From positions 320,001 to 384,000 of the forward strand of contig JBNKHE010000002.1 in the NCBI GenBank assembly GCA_050290185.1: a stretch of DNA of 64,000 bases. The letters run 5' to 3'. This stretch comes from Pontiella sp. (GTDB taxonomy: Bacteria > Verrucomicrobiota > Kiritimatiellia > Kiritimatiellales > Pontiellaceae). This document shows positions 51,887-58,659 of this stretch, in pieces. The position numbers and the translations under genes are program-made. The number at the start of each line of letters is the position of its first letter. Position 1 is the stretch's first letter. The notes beneath the pieces are model-generated. The model saw only the letters and a list, made by a program, of their open reading frames with translations. It did not search any database and was not told the origin of the DNA.

Positions 51887-52072
51887 TCAGGAGTTCGTGC
51901 CCGCGCGCTGATCGGGTTGTGCGGCATCACTGGTCGGCTTGTCTTCCAAGGCCGTGTTGCGCTGGCGGCGGCGAATGGTCCGATGAACTTTGATCGGCTG
52001 TCCATCGCGGTACCACGCGGCCGGGCCAAACCCGGCGATGGCAGGACTGGTAATGTTTGTGTTGATGTACAT
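51887..52072 (-). CDS. small hypothetical protein (61 aa)
   Basis: MYINTNITSP...; preceded by the aacgggagaa RBS, the shared 5' leader and promoter copy D. Confidence 0.5.
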   Translation of the reverse strand: MYINTNITSPAIAGFGPAAWYRDGQPIKVHRTIRRRQRNTALEDKPTSDAAQPDQRAGTNS

Positions 52073-52149
52073 GATCTTCTCCCGTTGAGGTTCCACTCAT
52101 CACAAGCAGGCCCATTCCCGCTTGTTCGATCATGAACCTAGGGAAAAGA

Positions 52150-52189
52150 TATTACCGTTGTGTCACCGCTTGATCCTTTTACAGACAAA
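52150..52189 (-). promoter_or_regulatory. 40-bp repeated promoter element, copy D
   Basis: tattaccgttgtgtcaccgcttgatccttttacagacaaa; minus-strand TAGGTT lies 9 bp downstream. Confidence 0.75.
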
Positions 52190-52203
52190 AAAAAGCAGCC
52201 TGA

Positions 52204-52725
52204 TTAAAGCGGCTTCAACGCCCCGCTACGATAGCGGGCCTGGAGAGCGACGTAGCGTTCGGCAAAACTTCGGATGTTGGCAAAGTCTTCTTCCGAGAGG
52301 GAGCGAATGACCCGGGCGGGAGTTCCGACGGCGAGCGAGCCGGCGGGTATCTTGCGGCCCTGGGCCACCAGCGCGCCGGCGCCGATGATGCAGTTGTCGC
52401 CAATCTCGCACCCGTCGAGCAGGATCGCGCCCATACCGATCAGGCAGGTGTTCCCAATCTTACAAGCGTGCAGCATGACCTTGTGTCCGACGGTCACGTC
52501 GTCGCCTAGAATCGTGGGATGGTTGCGGCTGGTGTGGGCCACGGAGTTATCCTGGATATTGCTGCGCTCGCCGACGATGACCGGTTCGATGTCGCCGCGC
52601 AATACGCTGCCGAACCAAATGCTGGACTGGTTGCCCAGCCGCACATCGCCGATCACCTCGGCGGAATCGGCCACATAGTATTCCTCCGGCAAGGAGGGAA
52701 TCCGCTCTTCAAATTGATAGATCAT
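52204..52725 (-). CDS. gamma carbonic anhydrase family (YrdA-like) protein
   Basis: VIGDV.LG..SSIWFGSVLRGD, SNIQDNSVAH and VTVGHKVMLHAC hexapeptide repeats. Confidence 0.92.
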   Translation of the reverse strand: MIYQFEERIPSLPEEYYVADSAEVIGDVRLGNQSSIWFGSVLRGDIEPVIVGERSNIQDNSVAHTSRNHPTILGDDVTVGHKVMLHACKIGNTCLIGMGAILLDGCEIGDNCIIGAGALVAQGRKIPAGSLAVGTPARVIRSLSEEDFANIRSFAERYVALQARYRSGALKPL

Positions 52726-52782
52726 GCGCAAAAAATAGCGCATCGCTCGCGGATTGGGAAGCGCTATAGCCCAGACGGGGAT

Positions 52783-53736
52783 TTACAAAAAAGGGTTCAC
52801 GGCAGCTCGCCACTGGTCTGGATTGGACGAAACATACGACCCATGACCGGCGTGAGCAAAGATTTCGAACTTCTTCGGTCCGGGAACAGCATCGTAGGCA
52901 CGACGCCCTTCGGCGAGTTGCGCGCGAGAATCTTCCGCTCCATGCATGAACAGCGCCGGGCAATTAACCGATGCCGCGTAATCCACCGGGTTATGGCGAA
53001 ATCCGTTGAATCCGCATTGCTGCCCTCCCCAGAAAAGAAGCAGCTCGGCACTCGGGAACGAAGGAACATGCATCGTGTGGAACCGGTTGCATACCGTGTG
53101 CAGCATGGTATCGAAAACAGCCTCGACAATCACGGCATCGGGCTGAATACCGTATTTGTCCACAGCCCGAAGAATCGCCACAGCCCCCATGCTCTGGCCA
53201 AACAGAACACCTCTACCATGAGGAATGGAACGCTCGGCAAAACCAAAAACCGCCGCCACATCCTCGGCCTCGTCGACCCCAACCGTCGTGTAGGCTTCCG
53301 ACGATCCCCCGGATCCCCTGAAATCGACCAGCAGCACGGAAGCTCCCAAATCGAGAAAGGCCTGTGCCTCTTTCAGCATGGCGGTCTTTTCAGCAGCATA
53401 CCCATGAAACAGCATCACCAGAGGAGCGGTCTCGCCTCGGTTGCAATACCAAGCCTCAAGAGTAACGTCTTCCGATACGCCAATGGACAGCACCTCGCAA
53501 TTAGACGCAAGATCCGTGGGCAACAAACGACTGGATGGACGCGGCGTGTTTACTCCCCCGATCATGACTTTAATTTTCGCCCAGAAGGACAGATCCTCGG
53601 GGGTCTCCGTGCGCAATCCGGCCGACGCGAACCTCGTCATAGCCCGCGCCTGATTGTACGCAAGCACGTTGAGCCCTGCAAACCCAACTATTGCCAAGAC
53701 CGCAACGGTTACCAGCACTCGCTTAACCATTTTCAT
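52783..53736 (-). CDS. alpha/beta hydrolase with N-terminal membrane anchor
   Basis: LFHGY, DFRGSGGS, nucleophile GQSMG, MHGAED and AGH. Confidence 0.9.
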   Translation of the reverse strand: MKMVKRVLVTVAVLAIVGFAGLNVLAYNQARAMTRFASAGLRTETPEDLSFWAKIKVMIGGVNTPRPSSRLLPTDLASNCEVLSIGVSEDVTLEAWYCNRGETAPLVMLFHGYAAEKTAMLKEAQAFLDLGASVLLVDFRGSGGSSEAYTTVGVDEAEDVAAVFGFAERSIPHGRGVLFGQSMGAVAILRAVDKYGIQPDAVIVEAVFDTMLHTVCNRFHTMHVPSFPSAELLLFWGGQQCGFNGFRHNPVDYAASVNCPALFMHGAEDSRAQLAEGRRAYDAVPGPKKFEIFAHAGHGSYVSSNPDQWRAAVNPFL

Positions 53737-53843
53737 GAAGCAGGAATGCCATAATCAGAAAGCATCCGTCAAACCATGCGATGGGACAACAGGACGTTCC
53801 ACTTGTGGAACAATTTCCCAAGTCACTCTCATTACGAATCTAA
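53695..53843. repeat. diverged direct repeat, copy 1 (hydrolase 5' end plus upstream region)
   Basis: Aligns with 55313-55460, including identical caggaatgccataatcagaaagcatccgt and gttccacttgtggaacaatt. Confidence 0.85.
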
Positions 53844-53937
53844 TATAGACTTAATATTTACTGATCCCTGATGAAGAAATAACCTGGAGTATGTTTTAAG
53901 TTGCGGGCATCAATCCCGGGTCAAGGCCCTGAAATCA

Positions 53938-54861
53938 CTATTGCTCCCGGACCTGCACCCGGTAGAATCTTCCTGCATTAGTGGCGGCGTCATAATTGCC
54001 AACGGAAATCGTCCCGTTCGATCCCGGAATATCTGAAGCAAGTGGAACCCAAACGTCATCCGCCAGATTGGTACAATACTCGATCGTATAGAGCCGCGAC
54101 GTTATCGCATAGAAATCAGGAAGCGAACCCGCGCCGAGACCCAATTGCCAATAACTGGCAGCATTGGTCGGCACGGTTCCACAGACGTATTCCTCATAGT
54201 TACTGAAACCGTCATTATCCGGATCAAGATCAGCATCATTGATGTTTGTGTCGAGGCCATACAGTTCTTCCCATGCGTCCGGCATGCCGTCGCCATCATC
54301 AACAATACCGGTCGGGGAGTAGTCGGCAGTGATTTCCAAATCATCAATGCGAATCCCAGCCCAATCACGAAGATAATAGCTGTTAGACTGCGTCAGAACA
54401 AAGCGCAACCGGATTTGCTGTCCGGCGTAATCCGACAATGAAATTGTCTTCAGGGTCCAGCCATCTTCGTAAATATACTGAGGAGTCGTATACAGCGTAG
54501 TGAAACTATTCCCGCCGTTCGTGGAAATGTGGACTTGGAATCTGGAACCGGCCAGAATGGCGAATTGCGAGAACGTCAATTCCGACGAAGCATCCGGCAC
54601 AAACACTTCGGTAAGCAGGAGCGAAGCATAGTCATTGGGCCCGGTAAACCAGCAATAGTCCGTAAGGCCGGCAAAAACCGATTCCCATCCATTATTCGTT
54701 CCGGTGATTTCCGAACCATCCGATACCCAAGGTCCCGTTTGCAGCGCCGACGGTTGCATTTCCCGTTGTTCAGCGTTAACAGGAGCCCCTTGGGCCAAAA
54801 AAACACAACACAACATTGATCCCATCAGTGCGTAGAATATCCGAAATTTATCGCCCAACAT
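53938..54861 (-). CDS. secreted protein: jellyroll-like domain + Asp-rich Ca-binding repeats + C-terminal FYRV domain
   Basis: Signal peptide; ISLSDYAGQQIRLRF..IDDL; DDGDGMPDAWE, DPDNDGFSNYEEY; ends RFYRVQVREQ. Confidence 0.8.
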   Translation of the reverse strand: MLGDKFRIFYALMGSMLCCVFLAQGAPVNAEQREMQPSALQTGPWVSDGSEITGTNNGWESVFAGLTDYCWFTGPNDYASLLLTEVFVPDASSELTFSQFAILAGSRFQVHISTNGGNSFTTLYTTPQYIYEDGWTLKTISLSDYAGQQIRLRFVLTQSNSYYLRDWAGIRIDDLEITADYSPTGIVDDGDGMPDAWEELYGLDTNINDADLDPDNDGFSNYEEYVCGTVPTNAASYWQLGLGAGSLPDFYAITSRLYTIEYCTNLADDVWVPLASDIPGSNGTISVGNYDAATNAGRFYRVQVREQ

Positions 54862-55032
54862 ACTGTCCACCCCTTTGTTACTTAAATCCCATTAAGCACA
54901 GCATCATTCGCGCTGACCTATGCACCCATTTAAGAAAGATTTCTATTGTGAAAACTCGTTGCCTGCCCGAACAAAGGCCACGGTTTCGTACATTATTTTT
55001 TTCGTTTAGCTCGAAGTCTTATTGGAATTCAT

Positions 55033-55280
55033 GGTAGATTACAAATTAAACTGTCCGGGTTTTATTTCTCATGCCGCCAACTCTTGCTCTCCCCGATCCT
55101 CAGCGGCTGCAATTCTGGCCATCTTTTGTAGATAGTTGTTGATCCTGTTCTCTACCTGCTAAATCTGTTTCCGGATAATTTCGCGATGTCGCATTCCGGG
55201 GAAATGAAACGCCGGATCATCCGACGGGCGCTCTCATTGCTTGCCCGCTTCAGCGATGAACAAGGGCGGGCGTAGTAGAT
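55033..55280 (-). pseudogene. IS30-family transposase remnant (C-terminal fragment plus probable right end)
   Basis: Minus-strand translation IYYARPCSSLKRASNESARRMIRRFISPECDIAKLS/frameshift/KQI*QVENRINNY resembles the IS30 YAHPYxSWERGxNENxNxLIRRFxPKG...INNxPRK region. Probable terminus ggtagattacaaatt at 55033. Confidence 0.7.
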
Positions 55281-55312
55281 TCAGGGAATATCAATCACGT
55301 TGAGTTTTTATG

Positions 55313-55460
55313 CAAGACAGCAACGGCTAACTGGCATCGTTTAATCACTTTCACGAAACAGGAATGCCATAATCAGAAAGCATCCGTAAACCATGCGCTG
55401 GCACGACAGGATGTTCCACTTGTGGAACAATTCTACAAACAACTCTCATACTGAATCTAA
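55313..55460. repeat. diverged direct repeat, copy 2 (relic of the hydrolase 5' end)
   Basis: Minus strand reads VKVIKRCQLAVAVL versus MKMVKRVLVTVAVL of the hydrolase, then diverges. Confidence 0.85.
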
Positions 55461-55474
55461 CACTGATGCAGCAT

Positions 55475-55924
55475 CTACCCAAGCTCGAGCATGGTCTTGC
55501 TAAGTTCGAGCTGTTCGTGCTCTTCCATGACGAGCAGGTTTTCAAATACTTCCTTGACCGCCGATGAAGGTGCGCGGGTGACCATTTCGCTGTAGAACTT
55601 GATCAGGCAGGCATCAAAATGCATCGCCGCCGTTATCACGTCGTCGACATCCATATCCGGCTTGATTTTGAATTCGGTGATTTCCTTCAGCCGTGTGGCA
55701 TCGGAGCCATACTGGTAGTAGGAATCCAGCACGTTCTTAGAGACATCCTTCTGAAATGCCGCCAGGCATTCGTCCAGATAATCCTCGTGACGGCTCATGT
55801 AGCCCAGCAGGGCGCGGGTCCGTTCCTTGCTTGAGGAATCCTTGAGTCCCTCATAGAACTCACTCAGCTTCTGGTGAAACTTCCGCGCTTGGTTCAATAC
55901 GTCTTTCGTTTGATTGAATGGCAT
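55475..55924 (-). CDS. ferritin-like/rubrerythrin-like helical protein
   Basis: FHQKLSEFY, YMSRHE, FYSEM and VFENLLVMEEHE; aaggga RBS. Confidence 0.7.
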   Translation of the reverse strand: MPFNQTKDVLNQARKFHQKLSEFYEGLKDSSSKERTRALLGYMSRHEDYLDECLAAFQKDVSKNVLDSYYQYGSDATRLKEITEFKIKPDMDVDDVITAAMHFDACLIKFYSEMVTRAPSSAVKEVFENLLVMEEHEQLELSKTMLELG

Positions 55925-56005
55925 ATTTGCTCCCTTCTTTCTACGAAGGATTTTAAACCCGCCAACAGCGCTGTCAACCGGACCGCCCATCTCAATAGCG
56001 ATCCC

Positions 56006-56587
56006 TTATTGAGACCTGAATAGTTCGATCAGTTCGGCGGTTTCGGCAAATTGCACGCCCCGGATCTGCATGTGCTTGATGGCGCAACGACCATCATCGG
56101 GCTTCACGTTGACTGCGCGGACGGCATCGGTCGCGACCGTGACGGCGAATCCGAGGCGATGGGCGTCGAGCGCCGTGTTCTTTACGCAATAGTCGGTCGT
56201 GAGGCCGGCGATAACCACGGCGTCGACGGATTGCTTCTTGAGCATTTCGGTAAGGGGGGTTCCCTCGAAGCCCGAATAGGCCTCCTTGTCCGGTTCGTCC
56301 GCCTTCGAGATGATCGTTGCGCCGGCGGACACATGCAGGTCGGCATGGAACTCCGCGCCGGGCGTGCCGGCGATGCAGTGCGGCGGCCACGGGCCACCGT
56401 TGGCCAAGAATGAACTATGGTGCTCCGGATGCCAGTCGCGGGTAAAGAACATGGGCCACCCCAGGCGTTCGAAATGGCGGACCAGCTGATTGATTGGCTC
56501 AACAACCTTGTCCCCTTCGTCCACGCCCAAGGCGCCGCCCGGACAAAAGTCCTTCTGCACATCCACGACCAGCAGCGCGGTTTTCAT
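56006..56587 (-). CDS. pncA: nicotinamidase/pyrazinamidase
   Basis: VVDVQKDFCPGGAL, TRDWHP..HSSF, WPPHC, EAYSGF and GLTTDYCV motifs. Confidence 0.95.
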   Translation of the reverse strand: MKTALLVVDVQKDFCPGGALGVDEGDKVVEPINQLVRHFERLGWPMFFTRDWHPEHHSSFLANGGPWPPHCIAGTPGAEFHADLHVSAGATIISKADEPDKEAYSGFEGTPLTEMLKKQSVDAVVIAGLTTDYCVKNTALDAHRLGFAVTVATDAVRAVNVKPDDGRCAIKHMQIRGVQFAETAELIELFRSQ

Positions 56588-56605
56588 TTCAAGTTTCCTA
56601 TCGGT

Positions 56606-56791
56606 TTATTCCTCGAGAACAATGGCTTCAACGGGGCAGCTTTCGGCGGCTTCCCGGCATGCGCCTTCCGCATCGGAAGGTACCGGGTCGTTTGCCTTGG
56701 CCGTGCTGCCGTCCATCTCGAAGACCTGCGGGCAGATATCGGGACAGAGACCGCAACCGGTACAGATATCCGGATCGACTTTTGCTTTCAT
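56606..56791 (-). CDS. monocluster 4Fe-4S ferredoxin
   Basis: CTGCGLCPDICP ... AAESCPVEAI; aggagg RBS. Confidence 0.92.
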   Translation of the reverse strand: MKAKVDPDICTGCGLCPDICPQVFEMDGSTAKANDPVPSDAEGACREAAESCPVEAIVLEE

Positions 56792-56922
56792 ATCGACCTC
56801 CTGTTGTTTTGATCCCTTTCGGGCTACATCCCAAAGTGTAGGGCCTTTTCTGCGCATGGCAACCGAATAAACGGATCCTTGATTAGGACACCGGCCGTGA
56901 TAGACTCCGCGTTGAAGAAGGG

Positions 56923-58062
56923 ATGGCCATGAAACCGCGGTTTACAGTGCAATCATGCCGACTGCCGCTCCACGAACTTCGTTGCGGCTACTATTCCGAC
57001 ATCTATTTCTGGCGGGAAAAACTCACCCTTGAACGGCATGCGCTCCATCCAAACGCCACCATGCAGGTTTTCCAGAAAAAGAACGCGCTACTGTGCGGCA
57101 TCGAGGAGGTGCTGACCGTCCTGCGCGCGGCGAGTGGCCACTATGCCGACCCGCAACGCGCCGCGGAGCTTTTCACACAATACCTGCAAACGGATGATCG
57201 TGCCGACATCGCCCGCGACCTGGACGACTTGTGGGTGGACGGCTTCGGCCAGCTCGACATCCAGTCGCTGAAAGATGGCGATGCGATTTCGCCCTGGGAG
57301 AGCGTGATGCACATTTCAGGCGACGCCGCGTTGTTCGCCCATCTCGAAACGGTCTATCTGGGCATTCTTTCCCGCCGGACAAAAATCGCAACGAACACGA
57401 AAACGACGGTCGATGCCGCCGCCGGCAAGCCCGTACTGTTTTTCCCCGCGCGCTTCGACCACTGGACCGTTCAGGAAGGCGACGGCTACGCCGCCTTCAT
57501 CGGCGGCGCGTTCGGCGTTTCGACGCCGGCGCAGGCGGCTTGGATGCAGACCGAGGCCCTCGGCACGATACCCCATGCCTTGATCGCGGCGGTGAGCGGC
57601 GATACGGTGAGAGCGGTTTCGCTGTTCGGCGAACGTTTCCCCGACGTCAACCTGGTGGCACTGGTTGATTTCGACAACGACAGCATCGGCACAACGCTCC
57701 AATGCTGCAAGGCGCTGGGCAACCGGCTTTGGGGCGTACGACTCGATACCTCGGGGGAAATCACGGACAAATCGGCATCCGGCCCCGGCGTAACCGCCGA
57801 CTTGGTGAAACAAACCCGCCAGCAACTTGATGAAAGCGGGTTCCGCCACGTCAAGATCGTGGCCTCCGGCGGCTTCACTCCCGGGCGCATCCGGCGGTTC
57901 GAAGCTTTGCAATGCCCGGTCGATGCCTACGGCGTGGGTAGCTTCCTGATGCAAGGATCCTATGATTTCACCGCCGACATCGTGCTCGTGAACGGCAAGC
58001 CCTGCGCGAAGGCCGGCCGGATGTTCAACCCCAATCCCCGGCTCCGGCCCATCGATGGATAA
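56923..58062 (+). CDS. pncB: nicotinate phosphoribosyltransferase-like protein
   Basis: GYYSDIYF, HLETVYLG, ARFDHW, GTIPHALI, LVDFDND, GVRLDTS, IVASGGF and AKAGR motifs. Confidence 0.85.
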   Translation: MAMKPRFTVQSCRLPLHELRCGYYSDIYFWREKLTLERHALHPNATMQVFQKKNALLCGIEEVLTVLRAASGHYADPQRAAELFTQYLQTDDRADIARDLDDLWVDGFGQLDIQSLKDGDAISPWESVMHISGDAALFAHLETVYLGILSRRTKIATNTKTTVDAAAGKPVLFFPARFDHWTVQEGDGYAAFIGGAFGVSTPAQAAWMQTEALGTIPHALIAAVSGDTVRAVSLFGERFPDVNLVALVDFDNDSIGTTLQCCKALGNRLWGVRLDTSGEITDKSASGPGVTADLVKQTRQQLDESGFRHVKIVASGGFTPGRIRRFEALQCPVDAYGVGSFLMQGSYDFTADIVLVNGKPCAKAGRMFNPNPRLRPIDG

Positions 58063-58066
58063 GCTC

Positions 58067-58579
58067 ATGATTCAAAAGAAAAGGAAACATCCCATGCTGG
58101 CTCCAACTCTCGTAATGGCAATCCTTGCACTCGTTCTTCTTTTCCTCGGACATCAAAAGGGCGGCGGCGAAGACGTCGCCGGACTGAAAATCGCCTTTCA
58201 CATGACCTGGACCATTCTGCCTCTGCTGCTTTTCGCCTTCATAATTGCCGGAATGGTACAAACGCTCATTCCCGCCCAGACGGTATCCCAATGGATCGGC
58301 GAGAAATCCGGATTCCGGGGAATTCTTCTCGGTTCGATCGCTGGCGGACTCACCCCCGGCGGCCCCTATGTCAGCCTCCCCATCGCAACCGGTCTCGTTC
58401 GCTCCGGCGCCGGTATCGGTACGATGGTGGCGTTCCTGACCGGGTGGTCGCTCTGGGCGGTGGCGCGGTTACCGATGGAAGTGGGCATTCTGGGCTGGCG
58501 GTTGACGCTGGCACGGGTGGCCAGCACCCTGATCTTCCCGCCCATTGCCGGTCTGATTGCAAACCTGCTGTTCAAGTAG
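58067..58579 (+). CDS. permease (DUF318/ArsP-like)
   Basis: WIGEKSGFRGI, GGLTPGGPY, GAGIG..VAFLTGWS, PMEVGILG. Alternative starts 58055 and 58094. Confidence 0.8.
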   Translation: MIQKKRKHPMLAPTLVMAILALVLLFLGHQKGGGEDVAGLKIAFHMTWTILPLLLFAFIIAGMVQTLIPAQTVSQWIGEKSGFRGILLGSIAGGLTPGGPYVSLPIATGLVRSGAGIGTMVAFLTGWSLWAVARLPMEVGILGWRLTLARVASTLIFPPIAGLIANLLFK

Positions 58580-58604
58580 ATTTGGAGCACAGGGGGAAAC
58601 ATAC

Positions 58605-58639
58605 AAAAGCGGCGGCACCCTACGGGCGACGCCGCTTTT
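58605..58639. terminator. bidirectional intrinsic terminator
   Basis: aaaagcggcg...cgccgctttt between convergent genes. Confidence 0.75.
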
Positions 58640-58659
58640 CGAAGGAACATGCCACGCAA

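Noticed and set aside
52040..52072. Flagellin-like N-terminus (MYINTNI) of the small ORF
   Set aside because: The similarity is limited to about 7 residues, and I found no flagellin continuation (e.g. LSSG.RIN) downstream.
47921..52189. The 40-bp repeats as CRISPR repeats or attC sites
   Set aside because: They are spaced 0.35-2.8 kb apart, non-palindromic and always upstream of start codons with a -10 box; there are no cas or intI genes.
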